Source of the DNA: Arcobacter nitrofigilis
Lineage (GTDB): Bacteria > Campylobacterota > Campylobacteria > Campylobacterales > Sulfurovaceae
Reading direction: 5' to 3'
Assembly (NCBI GenBank): GCA_022736375.1
Contig: DZCE01000002.1
Location: forward strand, 732 to 64,731
DNA: 64,000 nucleotides
The notes beneath the pieces were generated by a model, which worked only from the letters and a program-made list of their open reading frames with translations, made no database searches and had not been told where the DNA came from. The translations under genes and the position numbers were made by a program. This document shows positions 24,268 to 33,161 of the stretch, in pieces. Numbering within the stretch: position 1 is the stretch's first letter; the number at the start of each line of letters is the position of its first letter.

Positions 24268-25689
24268 TTATATTTCTGAGTATGGATTTACTATTATATA
24301 GTTATCCTGGGCAGTTCTCCATATCATATAACTATTATCGCTTTTTGTATGAATGACAAACCAGTATATCAAACGCTTTCTATCCACTTGTCTTGTAATT
24401 AACGAAACAACTGGATTCATTTTCCTAATAGAAACCAGTGTGAATCTAGATACAATTCTATCCCCTAATGTCAACGGAATATTTAGTAGATTTTCATCAA
24501 TCCTGATTTTTATCGTTACCAGTCTAGCTCCAGGAGATATGTTACTCATATCTCCATTATTGAATATCTGATTGGTTATATCGGATATAACAAATGGTTC
24601 TTTTAGCATACCTAGAGTATATTTAGAGAGTATCTCGTTCATTTCTGGAAATATGTTATTCATAGTATGACTTATCATACCACTAGGTGAAACTCGATTC
24701 ACTATCATCGTAGATTCATCAAATGATAAATACTCGATATTCCTAAATATATTGTAGTCAAATATATTCGAATTAAAAGTCTTCATTAGACTTCTGACAG
24801 CCGGGATATTTACATTCTTAACATTCAATGTATTTAATGTCTTTAATGGATTTTTCTCTGCCCTTTTGTTGGAGTAAAACTCCATAATGGAGTTTATTGG
24901 TTCCACTGGCTCGTTAAGTTTAATCAACGTATAATACCCAGTTTGTGCCTCCCCAGTTATTCTCTTTTTGAATTTACCATCTGTGGGACTCGGTTTGGTT
25001 GAGAACGCGTCGTCGTATAGCACAGAATAGTACTCTCTATTTCTCTTCCAATCTTTATTCTTATCATTGTGAAAAAATACAAATTTTACATCACGCATGA
25101 ATGCATGTAGATTAGTCTCAGTATCATAATATATATATGATGGTAATACCTTGATGTAGTTTAGTAAACCTCCTTTATGCGCTATTTGCTTTATTTTTGA
25201 TGTAAGTTGGAAACCTAGATTTGATAGTTCTAACATACTAACTGGATGTATGTCAATGTTAGATATAAGGAAGTTGTTATTCACAGTTATGTTACTAAAA
25301 GTATTTATCTCATATCTTTCATTTATGTCCGACTTCACTATAACTATTATTTCCTCTACGCTGAACATAGTGAAGTCAGACATGTTAGGTATTATGTCTA
25401 GTATGGCCACTATTGTTGGCTTGATAACTTTATCGACTATAAACCACTCTAATGTTACTATATCGTCTACGATGTATTCTGTGTTGAATCCATCAAATAC
25501 AATATCTGGCGGCACAGATAAAGCCCTATTGTCGCTGTTCCTACTTATATACCCTTCCCTACCATTGTAACTAACACCTGACATTTTATTTGTATTTTTT
25601 CTTTGGTTAACCGTATCATATAGATAACCATGAAATGTTAATGTATTCTCTTCTTTATATATATCTACGTATAGAACAATTCTTTTCAT
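24268..25689 (-). CDS. hypothetical protein, 473 aa
   Basis: ATG 25689 with an AAGGAGAAG SD. Confidence 0.7.
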   Translation of the reverse strand: MKRIVLYVDIYKEENTLTFHGYLYDTVNQRKNTNKMSGVSYNGREGYISRNSDNRALSVPPDIVFDGFNTEYIVDDIVTLEWFIVDKVIKPTIVAILDIIPNMSDFTMFSVEEIIVIVKSDINERYEINTFSNITVNNNFLISNIDIHPVSMLELSNLGFQLTSKIKQIAHKGGLLNYIKVLPSYIYYDTETNLHAFMRDVKFVFFHNDKNKDWKRNREYYSVLYDDAFSTKPSPTDGKFKKRITGEAQTGYYTLIKLNEPVEPINSIMEFYSNKRAEKNPLKTLNTLNVKNVNIPAVRSLMKTFNSNIFDYNIFRNIEYLSFDESTMIVNRVSPSGMISHTMNNIFPEMNEILSKYTLGMLKEPFVISDITNQIFNNGDMSNISPGARLVTIKIRIDENLLNIPLTLGDRIVSRFTLVSIRKMNPVVSLITRQVDRKRLIYWFVIHTKSDNSYMIWRTAQDNYIIVNPYSEI

Positions 25690-25738
25690 AACTTCTCCTT
25701 ATTTCAGAAAAATAAAAGACTTAATGTTTTTTATTTAA

Positions 25739-25766
25739 CGATAGGTAATATTAATATTACCTATCG
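25739..25766 (-). terminator. 28-nt perfect palindrome between 25785-26498 and 24268-25689
   Basis: CGATAGGTAATATT|AATATTACCTATCG. There is no clear T-tract, so it could be a terminator, a processing site or a protein-binding site. Confidence 0.4.
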
Positions 25767-25784
25767 CATTTAGCACTCGTTACG

Positions 25785-26498
25785 TCACAAGTAGGGTATT
25801 CTAGTCGTCCTTAGTAAATGTTGTTCACACATTAACGAGTATTTTTTGATTTGACGTCTGTAACGTCTAGCCAAATAAGGTGTCTCGTCGGTAGCCTTCT
25901 TTATAGCAGAAATCAAGACCCGATAAACATCGCCTGGTTCCATATCGACCAATCCTATAGATTGTTCAGTATTGATCTTAGCAGTAAATGGTAATGTTAT
26001 ACCTTTATATAAACCATTAATTCCGGTAATATAATTATCTATTACTACGAAAACTTTCCCATCTATTTCTCCGCAGTATAGTGTCTCGGCGATGAACTCA
26101 TATTTAATAGAATTAAATTTTATTATTTTAGTGTTAATACTGTGCTTAATACGCATTATACTATTATAATTAAATTCTAATATGTCGGTAGATATTTCTT
26201 CTACGGTCATTCTGGCATTCTCGCCTACATAAATATAGTTATAGTCACCGTATTTAGGTAAGATAACGCATCCTGAGAGAATAGAAATCTCTTTTAGATT
26301 ACAATTTGAATCATCTACAATAGTTACAAATGGTGGTGTATTTGGAAGTTCTACCGCGAGTCTCTTGATTTTTCTCGGATCGACTGATACGACTCTGTCG
26401 TCGGGGACGTGACATGATTCGAGTACGAATATAATTTCTCTTTGAGAAGGTGTATATATCCCAACATTTTTTTTGTGGACATAGTATAATTTTTCCAT
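25785..26498 (-). CDS. hypothetical protein, 237 aa
   Basis: ATG 26498 with an AAGGAGA SD. Followed by the palindrome at 25739-25766. Confidence 0.7.
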   Translation of the reverse strand: MEKLYYVHKKNVGIYTPSQREIIFVLESCHVPDDRVVSVDPRKIKRLAVELPNTPPFVTIVDDSNCNLKEISILSGCVILPKYGDYNYIYVGENARMTVEEISTDILEFNYNSIMRIKHSINTKIIKFNSIKYEFIAETLYCGEIDGKVFVVIDNYITGINGLYKGITLPFTAKINTEQSIGLVDMEPGDVYRVLISAIKKATDETPYLARRYRRQIKKYSLMCEQHLLRTTRIPYL

Positions 26499-26590
26499 AA
26501 AATTATCTCCTTGATTAATTTAAATTCTAATATACATATGTATAAAATATGAATAGAATTTTTTTAATCGCCTCCAAGTATTATTTTAAA

Positions 26591-26623
26591 ATAATATATG
26601 TTGGGTTACCCAACATATATTAT
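26591..26623 (-). terminator. Terminator hairpin overlapping the stop of the 623-aa gene
   Basis: 15-bp stem ATAATATATGTTGGG/CCCAACATATATTAT with loop TTA, followed on the minus strand by TTTTAAAATAA. Confidence 0.6.
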
Positions 26624-28491
26624 GAATATATATATAATGCCCCACTCTCCTCTATACTTTGTCTAGCTACTGAGCCGTTATTTAACCTAACGGTAACCGG
26701 CAACGGTTCTTTTAATTCATTAACTATCTCTTGGAATAATATAGTTCCATGTTCTCTATTGTAAATATAACATCCCGCCTCATTTCTATTAAAAAATGCT
26801 GTGTTACCATTTCTTAATAATACCGGATGGAATAACATATCTACATGTAGATTATAATTAATATATCCGACAACTGTGATTATCTTGGTGTTGGTATCTA
26901 ATCTATACACTGGTCCAGTTCCGTCTATAGACGAGTTACTATTTATGATTAATAACTCATCCCTATCTACCATTGCTATAGTGAGTGGACCGGTCGATAA
27001 CGTTGGATCTTTTAGATCGTATACTAATTCACTGTTTTTAGAATTTACATCCCATTTTAAAATTGAACGTCCTTGATTTGTATCACTAATAAAGTACACA
27101 AACTGATCTCCGGGACCTCTCGTTATTTTAGACGGGTGACAAGTTACTCCTAGATTTTCATTACTTCTTTCTAATTTGTTTTTGAAGCTGAATGTATTCG
27201 CACTATATTTAACAAATTGTAATACTATAATGTTATCATTCCTTAAAAATTCAACTACGAATGAATTATTGGTTATATTAAATATTTTGGAAACCCTCGT
27301 GATATTTAATTTCTCTTCCTTGGTAAACATATTTATCATTCTAAGACCACTATAACCTGTGCCGTCCTCTTTAAATTTCACGGAAAAGAAGTTAAATTTA
27401 TCTCTATCGAATATTATAACTCGTTCATCTATTAATCCTTCGGTGATAGTTTCTGTTGTATTGATAGCCAATGTTGAACCAATAAATTCCAATTGATTGT
27501 TATATTTAAGATCTTTATTTACGATAAATAGCTGTTCACCGATCGTTGTTGATAATTTGAAATCTATAAAAAGTGTATCAGTATGATATACGCGCACAAT
27601 CAAAATCCGGTTTTGTTGTAGAATATCGGCCGATATATCTATAGCGTCTCCGGCTATATTCTCTTCGATGTACGTTTTAACAAACATACTTGTATTTGGG
27701 TCAATAAGCGATACCTTCTTAATAGAACTACCTGATCTAACCCCGAACTTTACTATTTTGTTATATCGGCTATTTAATCCTGATATATTACTAACAAGCG
27801 TTATGCCTATATTAGACATGACGACCTCGTGTATCAATAGCGGGGTATCCATGGTTTCGGTATGCTGAATAGCCACTATTTTTATAACGTCTACTGTCAA
27901 GATATCGTCTATATCAAATGCTTGTTTATCAAACTTATATGATATAAGTTTTGTAGATTTTAATTCAGAGAAAATAACCTTGTCGTTCGAGGAATCCATA
28001 ATTACCCAGGATGTCGATAAATGCCCTTCCTTATCTGGACTTATTTTAGATATATTCATTGTGAAATATCTACTAGTCGTATCGTACAACATCTCCAAAT
28101 CAATACTTACCAATAACGGTTTTCGTAAGACTAACGGTGAGCGTATTACATTTGAAAAAAGATCCCAAGCCGTAGAGTTAATTGGCGCAGGTCCCTGCCA
28201 TCCTACAGGATCTATGAATTCGTTCCCTTCCGCATTGGTAAAAATTCTCCGATAGAACCAGTAATATGTATTCCCTACTGGAACACTCTTTTTTAAGATG
28301 TACTTGTACAAAAAGGAATCGTCGTTAGCTGTAGATTCAATATATGATTCTACTATGTCAGCCATAGCGACGGTATCTGGGGAGGATGGTTTATTTAAAA
28401 CCATCCATTCTGTTCGCCGCTGTAGCGTAGCTCCGACCTCTGATAATTCTTCTGTAGATAGCGATTGGATAATAAAAGTTTTTTGTGTCAT
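26620..28491 (-). CDS. hypothetical beta-rich virion protein, 623 aa (shares an N-terminal module with 51676-53589 and 41653-42618)
   Basis: ATG 28491 with a GAGGA SD. W..PAPI at aa 98-104, LVSI at 127-130 and FTM...DK...STSWVIMDSSNDKVIFSE at 143-176 parallel the 637-aa protein. The C-terminal half is made of repetitive beta-strand blocks. Confidence 0.55.
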   Translation of the reverse strand: MTQKTFIIQSLSTEELSEVGATLQRRTEWMVLNKPSSPDTVAMADIVESYIESTANDDSFLYKYILKKSVPVGNTYYWFYRRIFTNAEGNEFIDPVGWQGPAPINSTAWDLFSNVIRSPLVLRKPLLVSIDLEMLYDTTSRYFTMNISKISPDKEGHLSTSWVIMDSSNDKVIFSELKSTKLISYKFDKQAFDIDDILTVDVIKIVAIQHTETMDTPLLIHEVVMSNIGITLVSNISGLNSRYNKIVKFGVRSGSSIKKVSLIDPNTSMFVKTYIEENIAGDAIDISADILQQNRILIVRVYHTDTLFIDFKLSTTIGEQLFIVNKDLKYNNQLEFIGSTLAINTTETITEGLIDERVIIFDRDKFNFFSVKFKEDGTGYSGLRMINMFTKEEKLNITRVSKIFNITNNSFVVEFLRNDNIIVLQFVKYSANTFSFKNKLERSNENLGVTCHPSKITRGPGDQFVYFISDTNQGRSILKWDVNSKNSELVYDLKDPTLSTGPLTIAMVDRDELLIINSNSSIDGTGPVYRLDTNTKIITVVGYINYNLHVDMLFHPVLLRNGNTAFFNRNEAGCYIYNREHGTILFQEIVNELKEPLPVTVRLNNGSVARQSIEESGALYIYS

Positions 28492-28519
28492 GGGAAATTC
28501 CTCATTTTAAAAATAGTTA

Positions 28520-28525
28520 TGTCAT
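28520..28525 (-). promoter_or_regulatory. Promoter-like core ATGACA at -33 of ATG 28491
   Basis: Context TCTTTTTAATGACATAAC. Confidence 0.35.
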
Positions 28526-28560
28526 TAAAAAGATGATTTATAATGAAAAATAAATAGAGA

Positions 28561-28584
28561 CTAGTCGGTCTGATGACCGAATAG
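28561..28584 (-). terminator. Hairpin plus T-rich tail in a divergent intergenic region
   Basis: CTAGTCGGTC-TGAT-GACCGAATAG (one mismatch). The minus strand continues TCTCTATTTATTTTTC. It lies upstream of both 28491(-) and 28636(+). Confidence 0.35.
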
Positions 28585-28608
28585 TCCTTTATCAAATATA
28601 ATTCTTAC

Positions 28609-28614
28609 TTGATA
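28609..28614 (+). promoter_or_regulatory. Promoter-like core TTGATA at -26 of ATG 28636
   Basis: Context ATTCTTACTTGATAATATAAA. Confidence 0.3.
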
Positions 28615-28635
28615 ATATAAAAACAGGAGACTACG

Positions 28636-29238
28636 ATGTTACCGATGAACGTATTTATGGATTTTGAGATATTACCCCCTTACGATAAGGCTATTAGATC
28701 AAATAAAAAATATAGGATAGTCGACCGAAGACTTCTATCGAATATGATAAAAGTTGTCCCAAATGTATATGAATTCATATATAGGAAGCTAGATAGAACT
28801 AAAGATGAGTTTATGTCCGATAAAGAAGGCGGCATATATATCCTAACACTCGAAGATAGAAATGATAGAATGTTCGAGATCCCAGAGAACAAAATAAATA
28901 CTTTAAATATAGAGACTATGGTGGAAGTCGTAGATAAAACAATAGGTATAAGTTTAGGGACAGTTCCAGTGGATATCGATTTGGACGGTTTGGATAGGGA
29001 GCTGGTGGCCTATATCCTAAATAGATTAGGGATACCAACTGTTATAGAAATCATAGAAACCTCCGACAGAGATACTATTTCTATAACCGACCTAGCTGAA
29101 TTTGAAGATAATAGATTGAAAGAGAAACTGGCAACAAACATATATGATATGTATGAGTCTGTGGCGAAAGAGAATATACGACTGCAAGATATTATACGTA
29201 AATTGGTAGAGTATAACAATAAAAAAATAGGACTATGA
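28636..29238 (+). CDS. hypothetical protein, 200 aa
   Basis: ATG 28636 with a CAGGAGA SD. Isolated plus-strand gene. Its stop TGA lies inside the shared hairpin 29232-29259. Confidence 0.65.
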   Translation: MLPMNVFMDFEILPPYDKAIRSNKKYRIVDRRLLSNMIKVVPNVYEFIYRKLDRTKDEFMSDKEGGIYILTLEDRNDRMFEIPENKINTLNIETMVEVVDKTIGISLGTVPVDIDLDGLDRELVAYILNRLGIPTVIEIIETSDRDTISITDLAEFEDNRLKEKLATNIYDMYESVAKENIRLQDIIRKLVEYNNKKIGL

Positions 29239-29259
29239 CGCGTTACATCGCGTCATAGT
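29232..29259. terminator. Shared hairpin containing both stop codons of a convergent gene pair
   Basis: ACTATGACGCG-TTACAT-CGCGTCATAGT. The plus-strand TGA (29236-29238) is in the stem and the minus-strand TAA (29243-29245) is in the loop. Confidence 0.65.
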
Positions 29260-30409
29260 AGTTGTAGCCGACACCATCCTTTGTTAGGTAAATATCTTTA
29301 CTAACTGCATTTGAAGATAGTATAATAGATAGTACTATCGCGTCAGAATTCGCAATCGAGGTTGCCGTTGACCATATCTTACCAATATATGATTCGGGTT
29401 GGAAATTAAATTTACCGAAAAGTTCTTCTGGTAAACTATTAATTTCACGCATCAGAGCTTCGTTATTCTTATCTGATATGACAGTGACCTTCCTGGAAGA
29501 CGGGTATCTTATCTCAACATCGCTCGTCACCTCTATGACATTCGACGCTTTCTTGTCTTCTAAGAAATCCCTTAATCGTTTCATGGATTTTTTGTTTCCA
29601 GGATCCATGAAATATATTTGGTATTCAATTTTAAACGAAGTTATTTCGTCTATATCTACCCCAGACAGGGATACTATTCCGTTAACCACAGAAGTCAGTA
29701 TGGTATTAACATTCTGTGGAATTACAGGCAATGGAACTTCTTTGGGATTCTTTAGAAAGTCAATTATTAAATCTAGTAACTCGGTGAACTCAACCACATC
29801 ATCCGCGCTATTCATTGATGAGGACATCCCGGTAGTATATGAGAAAGCTACTATTCCGTCCATATCTGTATCTATAAATGTCTTAACTATGTCTTTAGGA
29901 TTACACATTAATCCTGGTATAGTCGTTCTTTTTATCATAGGGATATCTGGTACATTTCTCAATAACATAACTTGAGGATGTTGGATAACCGGCGGTTGTG
30001 ACGTAGTATTCATGTCTCTCCCGATCCCACGATTTGAAAATCCAGTACTACGAGATGAGGAATCCGGTAGAAACGACGACCCAGGTAATGGTAGGTTACT
30101 ATTACCGTACATAGTAGGGGCACGTCCACTTGCTATATCGAACAATCTCGCTGCATAGTTTGTAACTATAGGACGTTCTACCCTATTATCCTGAAGTATC
30201 TCCGAGATGTACTTTACTATATTCATTATGTCCTTTATTTCCCTTGCTCTCGCTATCATATCTGAGATGTCATATTCCATTCGTTGATCGATCATCTTAA
30301 ATTGGACAAGTTCTTGCTCGCCAGACTGACTCACAATTGTTATAAAGAAAGTTCCTCTATCTTCTAGTAGTCTAAATTGTGTATTTTCTCGCATATTTTG
30401 TGTAAACAT
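29243..30409 (-). CDS. hypothetical protein, 388 aa, translationally coupled to the beta-N gene
   Basis: ATG 30409. Its AAGGTGA SD contains the TGA stop of the upstream RNAP beta-N gene. Contains a central S/G/P-rich linker (GNSNLPLPGSSFLPDSSSRSTGFSNRG). Confidence 0.65.
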   Translation of the reverse strand: MFTQNMRENTQFRLLEDRGTFFITIVSQSGEQELVQFKMIDQRMEYDISDMIARAREIKDIMNIVKYISEILQDNRVERPIVTNYAARLFDIASGRAPTMYGNSNLPLPGSSFLPDSSSRSTGFSNRGIGRDMNTTSQPPVIQHPQVMLLRNVPDIPMIKRTTIPGLMCNPKDIVKTFIDTDMDGIVAFSYTTGMSSSMNSADDVVEFTELLDLIIDFLKNPKEVPLPVIPQNVNTILTSVVNGIVSLSGVDIDEITSFKIEYQIYFMDPGNKKSMKRLRDFLEDKKASNVIEVTSDVEIRYPSSRKVTVISDKNNEALMREINSLPEELFGKFNFQPESYIGKIWSTATSIANSDAIVLSIILSSNAVSKDIYLTKDGVGYNYYDAM

Positions 30410-30416
30410 CTTTTTA

Positions 30417-31940
30417 TCACCTTCTTAATATTTTGTTCAGTTTAGAGATCGTATCAATCTCATCTTGACTAAGTACAATTCTACCATCCTTTATGTTTAA
30501 AAATGGATTCATAGTTGATATTGGGACAGGAAATCCATCGGGTCCTGCATTCAAATTACCAACATGTACTTGGGCACCGCTTAATGTCATGTATTCTATT
30601 GGTATTCCTGGATCTTTTGCAGCATGAACACCATTTCCTCTGTTTGCATCATCTACCATAAGGTTCATCTTTGGGATTTTTGATGCACATGGATTTGATG
30701 GACGTGTCACTGGTAGTACCGGAGGGGCGACTACCGAGTATAGTGACTTTGGATATAGCTCTTTCCTTAGAATAGCCTTTATCAATTGATTAGTTATAGG
30801 TTTATTACCCATATTGTCTATCATCGAAGCCACACCATTTATCTTAATGGCAAATTGGTGTAACATATGATATGTACTACCCCAGTGTCTATCTTCATAG
30901 TAATCCGATTCGTTTGGCGACGCATTCTTATTCCTGGTTATATAAAGTATTAATTCCGAAAATGTGGACACAAATATTCCACTCGCTTTTAGCTTTTTTT
31001 GACTCTCGGAATCTATATAGTTCTTTATAGAATTTATAGTCTTATAGTATCTAACATTCCCACCTTTTTCCTGATAAAAAGCCATAAATATAAACTCTAA
31101 CATATCACTCTCTCTTTCCTCCCCTGACAGTATTGACATTATTGGGGTAGCTGAGATGTTAGCCATATGTAGTACAGAACTTATTATATCAATAATAATT
31201 TCTATATCCGGATTATCCACAAGAATTTCGTCTTTAACCAGGAATTCAACCCTAGCGTCTTTACCAAATGACTTAAAAGTTGTATATCCTTCTATCTGAG
31301 GTTGACCTATATATCTAATAATATAACCGTCCTTCAAAAAGTACTCATCCAAAGTACTTACGAAACCAAGTTCTATAAATACTAACATCATAGTAGGTAA
31401 TTGAACCTTTCTACCCTTACCGTTGATAGGTTTATATAGATCGTTCGCTGTCATGAATCCTTTCATAGTTACATTACCGTTTATTACTACAGTAAATGGA
31501 GCTGTGAAGAAGTTTTTCTTTATGTTAAAAGTATCTATCCTTGCCCATCCAGTACGTATAGAACACACATCGGAGTTAATTATTGGGCGAATCATATACC
31601 TTACACCATTAACATATAGTTCAGGGGAATCTAGATACGGGACGGCGAACATTTGCTGTATAGCCATATTATTATCCGCCGGTAGGACAAATTTGAGCGT
31701 CACTGGTATAAAGTCCGATCTCAATATATCTATCGTTGCTAAGGATGAATCATATAATTCCCTAGCAGATTTTATATCGTAACCTATATATTGAAGTCTC
31801 CTTGTCGAATCGAAAACTCCGCGTAATAGACTATCTATCACATCGATCATACCGGAAACATTTTTACCCTCCAGTCCGTTTACGATATCTTTGTTGTACT
31901 TAAACATCTGTGGGTTTATCCAAATGCTATCAAAGTCCAT
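30417..31940 (-). CDS. RNA polymerase beta-subunit N-terminal fragment (compact; second RNAP set)
   Basis: The start is re-set to ATG 31940 (GGAGG SD 8 nt upstream). VPYLDSPELYVNGVRYMIRPIIN resembles RpoB IPxMTxxGTFIINGxERVIVSQ. The C-terminal MNLMVDDAN...AQVHVGNLNAGPDGFPVPISTMNPF resembles RpoB SQFMDQxNPL...RDVHPSHYGRxCPIETPEGPNIGLI. The protein ends where the beta-C gene 47404-49452 begins in the RpoB alignment. Confidence 0.6.
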   Translation of the reverse strand: MDFDSIWINPQMFKYNKDIVNGLEGKNVSGMIDVIDSLLRGVFDSTRRLQYIGYDIKSARELYDSSLATIDILRSDFIPVTLKFVLPADNNMAIQQMFAVPYLDSPELYVNGVRYMIRPIINSDVCSIRTGWARIDTFNIKKNFFTAPFTVVINGNVTMKGFMTANDLYKPINGKGRKVQLPTMMLVFIELGFVSTLDEYFLKDGYIIRYIGQPQIEGYTTFKSFGKDARVEFLVKDEILVDNPDIEIIIDIISSVLHMANISATPIMSILSGEERESDMLEFIFMAFYQEKGGNVRYYKTINSIKNYIDSESQKKLKASGIFVSTFSELILYITRNKNASPNESDYYEDRHWGSTYHMLHQFAIKINGVASMIDNMGNKPITNQLIKAILRKELYPKSLYSVVAPPVLPVTRPSNPCASKIPKMNLMVDDANRGNGVHAAKDPGIPIEYMTLSGAQVHVGNLNAGPDGFPVPISTMNPFLNIKDGRIVLSQDEIDTISKLNKILRR

Positions 31941-31982
31941 GATAACTACCTCCATTTTAAATTCATTATAATAGTCGACTTC

Positions 31983-33053
31983 CTAAAAAATTCTTTTTAC
32001 CAGATCAGTTATAACAGCCCCTACGCCGATCCCGATACCTTTTTCTAATCCACTGGAAATTGGTCCAGTAGAATACTTATTCTTTTCTATCTCTAATTTA
32101 GTATCCAATATAGCGAGTGTTCTGGAATGTTTTTCTCGCTCCTGACGTATAACCATCTCAGCTAGTAGCATCTTCTGATTACGATCTAATTGCCGATCCT
32201 GGACTTCCAATATATCAAGTGTGGCTTTCAGTAGATCTAGATCTACTTCACATTCCATTGGTGTCTTATGTAGACCATATTCTTTATGTTTGGATATAGG
32301 TACCCCATCAATATTGGTACCTACTAGTATACCATCCATATACGACGTCACATAAATACCGTCAAATCTAGTTGGATCATATATTGATGTTATCTTATGG
32401 ATCTCTCCATGTATCTTATAATAATATTCGACACTTCGAATATTATTGTTCACGATACTAATATCGTGTCGCATCGTATTATGTTTAACATCGTTCGACT
32501 TTACCATCCTATTTTCATGTTCGACTTTACCAGGTAGCATACTATACAAAGTATGTGAAGATATTATCGATTTATACCCATTTGTCCCTGCACTTACGAT
32601 AACCGACAGTGGTACTAATTCTAATAGTACAAGCACTCTATCGTCAATCATACTGATATTATCTGGGAGTTTTTTAACTACTTGCCTTATAGATTCACTT
32701 AATCTCATATATGCTTTAGCCGCCTCAACAACGTTTTCATATCTTATTATCCGAACGATAAATGTCATCTTCGGGTAATTATGTAGGATATTTGAAATAT
32801 AACACATTGATGCGTAGAATACGTTACCGATAAGACCATCAGATTGTATAACTGTTGCTGTGTGAAATTTATTGGAAAAATCATAATTCATCCCAAATAG
32901 ACTAACATCTAGAGTAGATCCAATATCGGGTAAATAATTCGGGTCATTAATATCTAGTAATTCCGAAGGTATCGTTTTAAATGATTTAGCCCAGGTTAAG
33001 AAATCGTTATCTTTATTGACAATAATTTCAACAGTAGGTAATGCTTCATTCAT
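31983..33053 (-). CDS. hypothetical protein, 356 aa
   Basis: The track start 33137 lies inside the terminator stem. ATG 33053 (MNEALPT...) has an AAGGAG SD. The C-terminus is a coiled coil plus a Gly-rich tail (GIGIGVGAV). Confidence 0.65.
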   Translation of the reverse strand: MNEALPTVEIIVNKDNDFLTWAKSFKTIPSELLDINDPNYLPDIGSTLDVSLFGMNYDFSNKFHTATVIQSDGLIGNVFYASMCYISNILHNYPKMTFIVRIIRYENVVEAAKAYMRLSESIRQVVKKLPDNISMIDDRVLVLLELVPLSVIVSAGTNGYKSIISSHTLYSMLPGKVEHENRMVKSNDVKHNTMRHDISIVNNNIRSVEYYYKIHGEIHKITSIYDPTRFDGIYVTSYMDGILVGTNIDGVPISKHKEYGLHKTPMECEVDLDLLKATLDILEVQDRQLDRNQKMLLAEMVIRQEREKHSRTLAILDTKLEIEKNKYSTGPISSGLEKGIGIGVGAVITDLVKRIF

Positions 33054-33081
33054 TATATCTCCTTTTTCTTTTTTCTTGTTA

Positions 33082-33087
33082 TTACAA
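33082..33087 (-). promoter_or_regulatory. Promoter-like core TTGTAA at -33 of ATG 33053
   Basis: Context TATTATTGTAATAAC. Variant core (TGT instead of TGA). Confidence 0.25.
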
Positions 33088-33125
33088 TAATATAATATGT
33101 TAACATTTTTTAGGTAAACGCCAAT

Positions 33126-33161
33126 ATAATAACACATTGGCCGAAACCAATGTGTTATTAT
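33126..33161 (-). terminator. Hairpin immediately after the probable capsid gene
   Basis: 13-bp stem AATAACACATTGG/CCAATGTGTTATT with loop CCGAAA, starting at the stop codon of 33161-35293. Confidence 0.55.

Noticed and set aside
30417-31940. MVDDANRGNG read as a degenerate beta' NADFDGD catalytic motif.
   Set aside because: The rest of the protein follows the RpoB N-terminal order (the xxNGxxRxIxxQ-like LYVNGVRYMIRPII, then an SQFMDQ-like and an RDVH...PEG-like region). It is therefore a beta fragment, not a beta' fragment. No DFDGD string occurs in any ORF of the window.
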